A stretch of 64,000 nt of DNA. It comes from Lama glama. Its lineage: Eukaryota. The first letter of the stretch is position 1. Each line of letters opens with the position of its first letter. Positions 52,020 to 64,000 of the stretch are shown here, piece by piece. Where the stretch lies: NCBI GenBank assembly GCA_028534125.1, contig CM052816.1:51834001-51898000 (forward strand), read 5' to 3'. A model generated the notes under the pieces. That model searched no databases. It had not been told where the DNA came from and worked only from the letters and a program-made list of their open reading frames with translations. A program made the translations under genes and the position numbers.

Positions 52020-52255
52020 TCTTTATTTTTTTGTTATTTTTAAAATTGAAGTATAGTCAGTTACAATGTTGTGTCAATTTCTGGTGTACAGCATAATATT
52101 TCAGGCATACATATACATAGATATATATTCCTTTTCATATTCTTTCTCATTATAAGTTTCTACAAGATATTGAATATAGTTCCCTGTGCTGTACAGAAGA
52201 AACCTGCTATATATCTATTTTATATATAGTAGAATCTGCAAATCTTGAACTCCTA
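52020..52255 (-). mobile_element. L1 3' end (younger, camelid-type)
   Basis: attgaagtatagtcagttacaatgttgtgtcaatttctggtgtacagc...ttccctgtgctgtacag. Confidence 0.75.
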
Positions 52256-52281
52256 GTGCTTCTTAATTCAACATCACCTTT

Positions 52282-52349
52282 TTTTATTGAAGTATAGCTG
52301 ATTTACAATGTTGTGTTAGTTTCAGGTGTACAACAAAGTGATACAGTTA

Positions 52350-52385
<36 letters not shown>

Positions 52386-52710
52386 TATTCTTTTCCAGAT
52401 TCTTTTCCATTGTAGGTTATTATAAGATATTGAATATAGTTCTCTGTGTTATACAGTAGGTTCTTGCTGTTTATCTATTTCATACATAGTAGTTGTGTGT
52501 ATGTTAATCCCAAACTCCTAATTTAACTCCTTCCCCTCTCCTTTCCCCTTTGGTAACCATAGTTTGTTTTGTATGTTTGTGAGTCTATTTCTGATTTGTA
52601 AATAAGTTCATTTTCATCATTTTTTTTTTTAGATTCCACATATAACTGAGGTATTTGCCTTTCTCTATGTGACTCACTTCATGTAACATGATCATCTCTT
52701 GGTCCATCCA
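52282..52710 (-). mobile_element. 5'-truncated L1 with target-site duplication; contains (TACA)n
   Basis: TSD caacatcaccttt at 52269-52281 and 52711-52723. Confidence 0.85.
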
Positions 52711-55700
52711 CAACATCACCTTTAATTCTCACCACATCCTTGGGTGAGGATGGTAATTCTCTTTTTTGGAAGACGAAACTAACACTCAGAAAGGCTGAGT
52801 GACCAGCTCCAGGCCCGAGAGAAGGTATATGAGTGGAACTGGAAGCACACAGGTCCCCCAGCTACGGGCAGTGGCTCCTTCTGCTGACGCATAGACAAGG
52901 CACGGGGAGAAACTCAGCTCAGCCTATGGCTTTACTTGCAATATGAAAGGAAACAAATGAGTGAAAAAGCACAACAAAATGAGGAGAAGTTAGAGCATAA
53001 TATGTTAACAGATGAAAATTTTTAGAATCAGAAAAAAATGAAACATTTTAGCCTCGCCAAATACTAAAGAAAAGGCTAGAAGGCCCCAGGAGAAGTGGGA
53101 TTCTAGCACCACATTTAGGGGACAGGGGGAATTGAGGGTGACGTCCTAGGGAAATTTTATTTCTTTGGAGAACCAACACCCATACTTCTGCAACTCTTTC
53201 TTTCTCCTGAATTAAGTTCAGAGTGGTATCTGCCAATACTAGTTACCTTTGATAAGAACTGAGAAATAAGTGTATGATATCTAATACTTTGTAGAAGACT
53301 TGATTTTCTAGATTATTTGCAGACAAATTTACATTCTTGTTGCTTCACTGTGGCTTTTCTGTTTTCTCCAAATTGAAATGCTGTCCCTGGTCAGTCTACC
53401 GCGTGAGAAAAAATGCTGTTGTTCCCATGTGGGACTGTAATTTTGAAATGAGTACAGCTTCCTACTCATTTTTCAAAAAGCTATTACCTCAAAAGAATCA
53501 AGTTGCCACAATGACGCTATATTCTTCCTTCAATGGACTCAATGGGTACAGAATCAATTAGATAACAGAAATCCTCTTGTGAAAACCACAGACAACAAAG
53601 ATTAGGCTTAATTGGCAGAGTCAGATGATAGCCCATTTTCCAACCAGCAGTCTTGTCTCATTGCTAGATGCTGCCTTTGAGGGAGTAAAGACCTTCAGAC
53701 AAACTTGGATAAAGGCACCAAGCTGTGCTTATTCCTTCTTTAAGCATCGCTGTGGCCACATTGCTGAGGGCCATCAAGTCAGGGGTCAAACGTCCATCTC
53801 CTCTAACTCAGCTGATCAGGCTGCTTTGACTTGCTCTTGGTAACAGCTCGCTACACTGATTTCAGTCTCCATTAATAGATCATGACTGGAAGTTTTAAAA
53901 GCTCTGGTCTATATAACTGTCACATGGGAAATATAATGAATTTGGGGAAAGAGTACATTTTAATTTTAATTACGTTTAAATTTAATTTAATTACATTTTA
54001 GTTGTAATTCTAGTTAGATAATACAAGTTTTTTTAATCCATCATAGTATGAAAGTCTATAATGATGCTATGCTCTTACTGCTCTTCAAAATTTAGAAGAG
54101 AAAATTAAAAGGAAAGCACTTACTTTCCTCAGATATTCAAAGAGCATCTTTTCTTGCAGCTTTAACTGTTGTTTGCCAACTTGCGAGTAAAACTTAAAGT
54201 CTAAACTCTGGATCCAGGCAATGAGGTGTAATTAAAAGCACTCTGGCTTTGGAAATGGATGGACCTGGGCTCACGTCCTGCCAAAAGCAAATCAGTAAAG
54301 GGAGGAAGGGAGATCTGGACACTGAAGCCAGCAAAAAATGCCCTACAGCGCTTGTCAATAAGCAGACATGATCCAGAAACGCCCTGCATATCACATGCTT
54401 CCACAGAGAAGGTGATGGAGACCTCGCTTGAATGAGGAAGGTAACAGGATGAAGTTATACCAGCAGAGTCCCAGATTATACCAACCACAGATCTGCTCAC
54501 GCACGCAGGGAAGGTAAGAAAGACAAATGAGTGAGTGGTAAGAACTCCCTTCGGTACATCAGGGTCTAAATTTTATACAGTAACCATGGCAGAGGAAAAG
54601 ACAGATACCTGGGCAGTTTGTACCATCCACGCCTGTAGAGATGCACCACCTGATGTAGAGAGGGTCTGGGAAGCTGGGCTTCCCAGCGTGGCCCCCTAAC
54701 TGGAATTGGTTACGAAGTGCTTCCCCTGCAGGGGCTCATCTGCAAAGTATCCGGACTGTCCGAGGTTGCTTTTCAGGTTAGAACTACAGGCCACCAGGAC
54801 ACAGTCTGAATAATGAGACCCTTACTTTCACATTGACCCATTTTCTAGTCCAGTGACTTGCTGCTATTCAACCTGATATTGACTGCATGCACATATGTAC
54901 TCATGTATGTACACGCAGCTATCAAATCAGATGGTAACACTTTACTGTAAATCTCTTCATCACTAGTGACGGATTCAGTTCACCAATCTCTCCCCATCTA
55001 CGACCTCTCTCCCGAAAGTAAAATAGCCCCAGCCTGTTGTAATTTGCTCCGCGGGACTCTCCCAGCTACTACAAGGGTTATATGTCAACTGTGAAGGATC
55101 TCTGTTTGAGATCATCAGAAAAAGAGGGGACTGGGGGCTGATAAAAGGGAAGTGAGGCTGACAAGGAAGCAAGGTTAGAGTTTTTGAGGCAAGATTTGGA
55201 GGAGAGGAGGGAGGTGAGGTCAGGTAAACCTGGGCTTTGACTGGTCCTGGGACCGTGAGTCTTGGCATAAACTTGAAGGGGCCAACCTTCAACTGGAGAA
55301 GAGAACCAAGCAGCATCTGCTCAACTTTGTCTACGGAAGCTACTCTGCATCTCCACAGCCACCGTGGGCCCCGGGACTCAGAAGTCAAGACTGAGTCAAA
55401 ACTGGAGATGACAAAACAGTTAGATAACAGGAGAAACTTCTTATCACGTTTTACCTGCAATGGAGATCCAAAATAGCTCACGGGGACTGTGGAGAAGAGA
55501 AACTAGCCATTACCGGTGAGCTAAGGATGGCCCTCAGGATTTGACTCATGTAGGATCCATTTTTATTTACTTAAGATGTGTAAGATGAAGTTTTTACATT
55601 CTTTATTTAAGGTGCTGTCTTCGTTTTTGCTTTAGTATATAATTATAATATGTAATTAATATATAAGAATTGTCGTGGGCTAACTGGTGGGGAGGTCCAC

Positions 55701-56158
55701 TTTTCCTAGTTAGTGAATTGTCCTGCCACAGAGGTTTCAGGAGCCAGGCCCTCGTGTGACTCTCCCTGATGCACGGTCATTACCAAGGGCCAGTGGTAGA
55801 CCTGTGACTGCCTCTGAGACTATAATAAAGTCACACATGGGAATTCCTTGCGTTTTCTTCCTTTTTCTCTACTCATTAGCTGACTCACATTTTATGTTAC
55901 CCGTGTTCTGCTCTGAGCCATAAAGGGGCCCCTTCTCTCTCTCCAAAACTCTCCTTGCAGGAGGCTGGCCAGCCACGTGTCCAGGAAGGCCCACTCCTTA
56001 TTTGGCACAATACATGCCTTGAATCAAGGAAACATAGCGGACCCTTGCTTTACTTTGTGAAATGGTGTAATGTGTATAAATTCTATAGACTTGCACTGAA
56101 AACACATAAATAGGTAACAAGTAGGTGTCCTGTTGATGATGCAATTAAAAAAACAATA

Positions 56159-56393
56159 CAGTAGACTCCTGAACAACACAGGTCTGAACCACGCAGGTCT
56201 GCTCGTACGTGGGTCTTCTCCAATGGTGAATACGGCAGTCCTACACACCTGCGGTTGGGCGAATCCTCAGGTGCGGAGGAAGCACACATGTCATGGAACC
56301 ACGGGTACAGAGGGCCGACTATACGCTGTACACAGGTTTCCCACTGTGCAGCAGGCTGGTGCCCCAACCACCCCACTGTTCAAGGGTCAACTG
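56159..56393. mobile_element. Tigger2a-like (TcMar) MITE
   Basis: TIRs cagtagactcctgaacaac / tgttcaagggtcaactg, each flanked by TA. Confidence 0.85.
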
Positions 56394-56902
56394 TACTAGA
56401 AACCCAAACATCAAAGGGTATGAGGCAAAGCAGCTTCTGAATCAGCCAGAGAAACGCTCCCTGATGGGATACTGGTCTGGTCCCAGGATGTTGCTTGCTT
56501 GCAAGGGACACCTGCTGTTTGCCTCCGGGAGGTACCACCCCTGCTGACCCAACTCCACACACAGAGGGCTCCGCAAACAGTGTTCCCGGGTGGCCCGGTA
56601 CCGTGGCCCTGCCGGGGCTGCAGTGCCCCCAGGTAGGTGCTGTTGCCTCAGAAAGTGGGGAAGAGAGGACCCCTGCTTCATCCCGTGTGCTGCCCTTTGT
56701 AGATGTGAAACAGCGGCTGTTGGCAATACACGTCTGTTTCCTTTGATCTATACACCCACCCTCCAGTTTCTTCCCTCCCTATGTTCCAATTTCAAAGTTT
56801 CAAACTCTAGCTCCAAAGAATTGGGGCATTTAACACGTGTAACAATTTAAAAAGCTGGCTATAAAAAATCCGTGAAAGTAACTACCAAGGCCACTGAATT
56901 AC

Positions 56903-57009
56903 CTGTGCGTGCTTTGAGACCCAGTGACGGAGGACATTCAGTACTCGGTTGGTGGCTGTTCTGCGTATAATGAACTCTTTGTCACATGTTCTCTCGGTGT
57001 TGTTAAATC
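56903..57009 (-). CDS. RASGRF2: RASGRF2 coding exon (exon 18), 107 nt
   Basis: [35 protein letters not shown] (REM-domain C-terminal motif); aag|...|gtaatt; not in the ORF track. Confidence 0.95.
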
Positions 57010-57459
57010 CTTAAGAGGAAAAGAAACACACACATGTAGTTAAAGCCGATCCCCAGGGACCTGGAAAAGGTCACTTATTTTAGGACATGGGTTAATGGAA
57101 CTCAGAAACGACACAGCTTGGTAGAAGGCAGCAAGTGGCTTCAGACTGTTGTGGATTCTGCTTCCTTACCTATTATCTCCTCAGCAGCGAGGCCACCACA
57201 CAGTTACAGGTACAATTAAATGAGTAGGGTGCATATGTTTATTCAAGGCCAATGATGAAAGCGAAAGCCAGTCTAATGACACTTCTATTTGTGCCTGTCT
57301 TGTTACATAATATTGAGCCAAGAAGGAGCTTTGACACAGTATTTGAATCAACATTAGTTTATACTTTCGCTCCAAAGTCATCATATAACCACTAACATTT
57401 TCAATATATGTAGATAGATGAACCCATGCTTGGCTCACAGATGAGACAAATACTTTACT

Positions 57460-57680
57460 GTGAAGAACATGAACTCCACAGCCAGACTGTCTGGGTTCAA
57501 GTCCCTGTCCTCCTACCAGCAAATCGCGGCTCCTCTCTGGGACCAGTTTCCTCATGTCCTGCATGGGATCAGTGTACCAGCTTTATAGACTCGTTTGGAG
57601 ATTTAGTTAATACTTGTTAAGCATTTAGAATGGCACTTGGAAAAACAGAGAGAGCTCAATAACTACTGGGTATTACTACA
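57460..57680 (+). mobile_element. MIR SINE
   Basis: gccagactgtctgggttcaagtccc...cagtttcctcat...aagcatttagaatggcacttgg. Confidence 0.75.
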
Positions 57681-57869
57681 ACTCAGTATTGGGTCGGTGT
57701 CTTTGAGCCCTCTCTGTGCCAGCCTATGTCTCTATCTTGGCCACCTTTTCACTATCAAGAAACCAATTTAATATTTTTCTACTGACTCTGTTTTAATAAG
57801 ATTTTGCCTTCCAATCATAATTAAGTGATGTCATTTTATTTTGTTTCCTTTAGAAATGAATTCAAGCCT

Positions 57870-58420
57870 TACATAACTTCACTGGCAAGCTTCTTGAAAG
57901 TTGTCTATATTCACTGATTTCATTTCGTCTCCTACTCACTCTACATCCTACTCCAAGATTCTCACCCCATCTTAACACCAAAACAGCTTCCACTAAGGTC
58001 ACCAATAACCTCCATGCCTCTATATCCAAGGGCTATTATCTTTCTTTAGGAAATTTCATCTAACGATCACCTATAAGAAAATTACTCATGTACTTCTGAA
58101 ATTCTTCTCTGAGCCCTGGAACCATATATCCACCTGCCTCTTGGTATTTTCCGAAGATGTTTCAAAAACCTCAATCTTAGTATGTGCAAAAGAAAAACTC
58201 ACGGCCTTTCCACCAGAACTCGTCCTTTTCCAGTGTTCCCTATCTCAGTGAAGGAATACCATCAGTCAAACAGTCAAATAGCCTGAAACTGGAATCATTC
58301 TTGGCCCATCTCTCTGCTTCTTCCTGATAATTTTATCTGCTAAATAAATCTGAAATCTGTCCATGTCTTCGTATCTACAAAGCCAAAACTGGAGCTGAGC
58401 TCCAGCAATTCTCATCTAGT
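57870..58420 (+). mobile_element. L2 LINE fragment
   Basis: aaggtcaccaataacctccatg...ccagtgttccctatctcagtgaagg. Confidence 0.65.
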
Positions 58421-60399
58421 TCTAACATCCTAAAATTAGGGTGTTTATAAAAACTAAAGATACATAGGTGGGACCTGAAAATATGTGAAAAGAATTTAAA
58501 ATATTTTAAAAGTCAAATTTTATAAGAACCACATAAAACTTCTTCAAATTAACAGAATTATTCTTTCAATGATTGCTGAAAATTTGACAGGTTGATATTT
58601 AAAACACAGATAGATACGATAAATAAACATAGATTAGACCCCCAGTTGAATTAAGAAAGAGTAAACTGGAAAGAGATTGGGAAAACAGAGCTGAGAAAAT
58701 TACCTAAATGCAGTACAGAGAGCTAAAGAGATGGAAAAAGAAAAAGAGAGGTTAAAAGACATGGAGAAAAGAATTGGAATTTTCAACAGATGTCCATTTG
58801 TGTCTGTGTCAGGGATTGGTGGAGAGGGGAGATTATTTAGAAAGAACAAGGTCCTTCTGCTTTCCAAACCAGTATCACACACAAAAGACCACGTGCTGGG
58901 TCTTCTTTATAAAATGTCCACTATTTCCATAAATTCAAATCTCAATTTCTGCTACCATTCAAGTTAGCATTAGATTACACTGCTTGTCTATTTTACATAA
59001 CTGCTGCTAATAACCAGGTTATTTATCTTTTTTTGTGTAGACCTCAGCTTGGTAAGTTCTCAACATCTCTTTGCTGCTCAGAGCTCATCACTTTTGCCAC
59101 TTGCAGGGCTCAAAATTCCCTTGGAAACTGACCAAGCACTCACGTAGGAGATCTTCAACAATGCACACTGGAATAATCCACAGCTAGGGGTAGAGGCGGC
59201 TGGAGTAGAAGGACCAGCCACAGGCAGGACCAGCCTTCCAAGAGCGGCAGGAACACTAGAAACAGGCAAGGCTCCAAAGACACACCTTCCACCGCACCTT
59301 CCACATGGCAGGCAACCCCAATATGGCCCCAGGATGGACCAGAAGTAAAGTCCAGGGCAAATTATTTAACCTCTCCATGGCTGTTTCCTCATAAAATGAG
59401 CAGACTAATGAAACCATATTAAGTTGTTTTAAAGATTAAATAATTCCTGTAAAACAAGGCACTCAATAAGCCATATTTACTGTAATTATGTTCTCACCTA
59501 TAGCTGGCTTCATCCATCTATCCCCTTGACCCAATGGCCCTCACAATATACTCTTGACATTATCTGAGTCATAAGCATACGTGAAAACAGTAAAGATCTG
59601 ATAGACATCAAGCTATTTCCTTCCTAAAGAATCCTTTTTACTGCTTGATCAACAGAGGGAGGTTTTTGATCTTAGAAATATTCTGTCAATTCTATTTAAG
59701 TCACCAATTCAGAAATTCCCTAAACCAGATACATGAACCATCTATCTGAAAGGCATACCTGTAGTAAATCCTGAGAGATCAAGTTTTATGAACGGAGCTT
59801 CTGCTTATTCATTAACTAAAATTGCCTTAACTGGGCTCTCATGTGCTAAGGTGATATGTGTGTATACACAATACAGCACATAGGTCCATCTCTCAATCAG
59901 ATGGCCAGTCTCACCATTTATCACAGACTTTAAAGCTCTGTGATCAGAGCCACAATTTTTTGCAGCTCACCAGATTTCCTCCTTATTGCAAGCCACCATC
60001 TAAACTGGGGGCTGCTTGGGCAATATTTATTTCTGAATTTAAACATGAACCACATAGCTAATTGGTGGCAATATCCATGCAGAAGCCATTCTGTCCTAGA
60101 ATCACGGATCCACCCCCAAGGAGTTCTTGCGCCACATTTTGGAAGAGCAAACAGCAAATTCTTGGCAGAGTTCTAAACATCTTTCCCTTGTCAAGTGTGA
60201 CAGCCACCAAATTCTACATATACACCAGGAGAGTTTATTTAAATAACATCACACATCTGCAATATACACATCTTTCCAACATATGTAGATTCTTTTTCAG
60301 TTGAAGGCACTGGTCAAACAAGCTACTTTGGGCAACAAAAGCCGTCTGGAAAAGTGGTAAGACCCCAATCACCATACGTGTGAATTTAAGAGTGCAATT

Positions 60400-60642
60400 C
60401 AGATAGACTGGGAGTTCAAAATTTGTTGATACTGACAGGCATAAGTAGAATAGATAAACAAGGTTATACTGTATAGCACAGGGAAATATATACAAGATCT
60501 TGTGGTAGCTCACAGTGAAAAAAAAATGTGACAATGAATATATGTATGTTCATGTATAACTGAAAAATTGTGCTCTACACTGGAATTTGACACAACATTG
60601 TCAGATGACTATAACTCAATAAAAAAAGTTAAAAAAAAAAAG
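60400..60642 (+). mobile_element. Young L1 3' end (camelid-type) with poly(A)
   Basis: tatactgtatagcacagggaaatatatacaagatcttg...gactataactcaataaaaaaagttaaaaaaaaaa; imperfect TSD aagagtgcaattcag / aagaatgtgattcag. Confidence 0.8.
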
Positions 60643-61759
60643 AATGTGATTCAGCTTTATGATCCTTCCCCCAGAGAGCTTGTGAGTCATTCCATTCCTT
60701 TTAGCAATTGGTGGATGCCACCTCTCATTAAACGATACACTCCTTGGTGAAGGGATTTTATCTCAAACATCTCTGTAGGCTCTTCAGCTTTGTACACAGG
60801 CACTTAGCAGTTATTTTTCTCAACAAAAATTCCATCACTCCCAATGAAAACTACCTGAAGGTATCTGCAGACGCTATATACCTGAATTAACAGCATTCTT
60901 TGGCCATGTTACCATAATGACTATGTATCTGATATCTATCACAAGAAGGACATATGATAAAGGAATGGGGAGGGAGGCAAGGAAAATTTAAAATAGAGAA
61001 AAGGAAGGAAATTTTCATTTTATTCTTCAAATAATGTGATACTCAGCTAACTTCATGGCCTACTTTGTAAGAGGCAAGGAAAATAATGGTGAGATGGAAA
61101 TAAGATTACATGTAGGTGGATGATGGGTTTGTCCAGTTAGAGCCATCCTGAGGCTGCTTGAGGACAAACTGTCAAAGACAAGGAATTCCTGAAGATGGTG
61201 ACGTATCTTAAAATCAAAAGTAGATCACCAAGAAGTGGACTCTGGAGCTGTAGTTGATGCCAACATAGCACCTTTAGGGCATCCTCTCACTTGGTGAGGA
61301 AAGTTAGAGTACAATCAGGCAGAGCCAGAAAGCACGGAGATAACATAGATGTCAGTGGTCCACGGTGATGGGCTCCTGGGAGGAAAGTAAATGCTAACTA
61401 TTGCTTACTTTAACCTTACTTCTAGAAACTGCTACTTACTGTGATTTTATCCCCAGTACCTGCCATTGTAGGTCTTAATAAATTTAGGCTTATTGAATGA
61501 ATGCATTGAGATCATTTTAATGATTATATCGGTGGGGGAATTGAGAAAAATGTCACATCACTGACACATAACTTTTCACTTATTCAAAAGGGGCTCAGTC
61601 TCTCCAACATCAGTGTTATCCATGCACTTTGTTTTATCCAGTAGATAACTTTCTTCAATAATTACGTGCAATATAAAATCACATCATTGGTTTGTACATT
61701 TCAGTACCCTTGGATTACAACTATATTTCTACTCTTTGGTTGCTGGCATGGAAAAATCA

Positions 61760-62070
61760 TTAATATTTATTGTTGCTTTGTGCCAGGTATGTACTAAAAG
61801 CTTTACAAGTGGTCTATAATTTAACCCTTGTAATAATAACAACTGTCATTTATCACATGCCCACCAAGTACCAAGTATAGGACCATGAGTAATGTGGCTC
61901 CTCAACAACAGCAACCAAGTAGGGTAAATACTGTTACCTCCACTGACAAAGAAATAGAAAATAAGAGAGGTTGAGAAACCTGGCCAAGGTCACAGAGCTA
62001 ATAAGTGGCAGAACCAGCACAGACAAATCTATTTCCAAAGCCAGAGTGCTTTTAATTACCACCACATAGC
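61760..62070 (-). mobile_element. MIR SINE fragment(s)
   Basis: agagaggttgagaaacctggccaaggtcacagagctaataagtggcagaacc. Confidence 0.7.
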
Positions 62071-64000
62071 CTGAATCCAAAACTTAAAAGTCTTTTAAGT
62101 TTTTCTTGCAAGTTGGTAAACATTAAGGCTACAAAAGAAGATGCTATTTGAATATTTTGGGAAATTAAGTGCTTTCCTTTTAATTCTCTCTTCTAAATTT
62201 TGAAGAGCAATAAGAGCATAGTACCATTATGGAGTTTCATACTGCAATGGATTTTTTAAAAAATTTTTATTTATCTAACTGGAATTAAAACTTTCTCAAA
62301 AAGTACTTTCCCCAAATGTATTATATTTCCTATGTGACCAATTATACAGACCAGAGCTTTTAAAACTTCCAAGTATGATGTATTAATAGGGAATGAGATC
62401 GATTTAGTGGGTTGTTACCAGCATTTAAAAAAATTAAATAGATGAAAACTATCTGGATAGATTGTACTTGGTGAGAGTGAGTACTCTAGGGAAATTTTTA
62501 TATCAATTGTGTGTGTGTGTGTGTATCCTGAGCCAAAATGTAAAATATACTTCTTAGAGTGGGTTGCAATAAACATGTCTGAAAGTGACTAACATAGACA
62601 GTCTGATTACTAGCACTATGTTCAAACTATATGAATTAACTTCCCAGAAATCCTGGGTAACTAAGCCCATTCTTTACTCTGAAACACGTCTGGAGGAACA
62701 AGCAGAGGATGTTTATTGTCCCCCTTTGTTTCTGTCACCCAACACTCTGCACTCTCTGCCCAGCCCTCCCGGTTGTTCATCTCTGCCTCATTCCTTGGTC
62801 TCTGGTCTGTTCTCGAGCTGCCTTCATCCAGCTCTCACTGTCTTGGGGGCATAACTCTCCCCCAAGGTTTTTCTATGTATTCTCACCTGACACTTCCAGC
62901 TCCGACATTTCCCCAAACCCTTCATTTCAAGCTTCTTACAAGGCATTTTCATATTAATGACACATTCTTCTCTCATAAGAAACATATCCCAAAATCAAAC
63001 GTATGTCTTTTGCTCTCAAGCTCCTCCCCATCCTAACTTTCCTGTTGAGTTAATGGAATAACTTGGTTTCAGCTTCTCAGGTGGGACACCTCACTCTTCT
63101 CTATTTCTTCTTGGTGTTTCCCATTCAGCCAGTAAGTACTGTTAACTTTTCGGTTGCATCTGTTAGATTTATCCCTTTTTCTCTAGTCTCCTGCTGCAAA
63201 ATCTTAAGTCTAGGTACTTCACACATGGGTTGTAGCTTTTGTCTCCTAGATTTTCCTCCTTTCTCCATTCCCTCTGTCCTTCTATTCTTTTTCCATTCAT
63301 AATTCAATTATTCAGTCAATTTCTATGGAGCACTTACTATGCTCCAGGTTCTGTGCACATGCTGAGTGAACAAAAGAGATGTGGTCTCTGGTCTCATGGA
63401 GTTTGCTCTTAAAGTGGAAAAAAGAGAGCTTCCAAACAAGTAAAATACCAAAAATGTATAATTCGAAACTTTGCAAATGAGCAAGGTGCTGTCTCTATAA
63501 GAGTAATCTCAAATATCCCCCTGAAGTGTTACTGTTCCAGCGCCAAGTACTTCTAATATTTCCCTCCTGTCCACTGAACCAAGTCTAGAATATTTTCCTA
63601 GACATGAAAAAGCTCTGTAACTTGCTCTTGGTTTATTAGCTAGTAAACGATAACAACAAAAAAGAAGTAAATGCAGACAGATTTACACATACACTGTGCT
63701 GAATACCATGGTAAGGGTATTTACTGATCTGTGAACTGACATACTCATTCTTGAGAGACGATCTAGAATAATAGTTACAATTACAGAAACTGAACTTTAA
63801 TCAGAATAGGGTAGGACATTTGGTATAATAATCTACTGGCACATTCAATTACTCCCATTTTAATGGAATATTAATTGGCAATCTTTTGTTTGCAAAAGGG
63901 GGCAGAACAGCCAATTCAATCTGGCTTAGAATAAAAAGGGAATTACTATTTTATGTATCTGGAGATAGTTCTAGCTTCAGAGCCTGTCTGGTTCAGAGGC

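Noticed and set aside
54975..55481. 168-aa minus-strand intronic ORF as the missing RASGRF2 exon or a nested gene
   Set aside because: No resemblance to RasGRF sequence or any family I recognise; non-ATG start

Overview
Mammalian genomic DNA, most likely a camelid (inferred from a tRNA-Ala-derived Vic-1-type SINE and the style of the young L1 3' ends). Two spliced genes lie in tandem on the minus strand. (1) The 3' part of RASGRF2: one REM-region exon at 56903-57009, eight CDC25 GEF-domain exons from 41412 to the stop at 26001, and a 3' UTR of about 3.3-3.6 kb. One frame-essential exon is absent and probably lies in a 500-N assembly gap at 47328-47827. (2) CKMT2 (sarcomeric mitochondrial creatine kinase): a GC-box promoter and non-coding first exon near 19.3 kb, plus seven coding exons from ATG 9243 to 1192 (1014 nt, 338 codons); its last coding exons lie left of the window. 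The rest is intronic, with ordinary MIR, L2, L1, MLT1, hAT/Tigger MITEs and one ERV solo LTR. I found no convincing novel protein-coding system. The best leads are regulatory: a CTCF site with upstream motif between the genes, a sense-oriented solo LTR just upstream of the CKMT2 ATG exon, an ERR element overlapping the exon 1 donor, candidate extra or antisense exons, and a SINE with a complete Pol III unit layout. Exon numbers follow the human genes from memory; repeat names are by eye and their boundaries are approximate.
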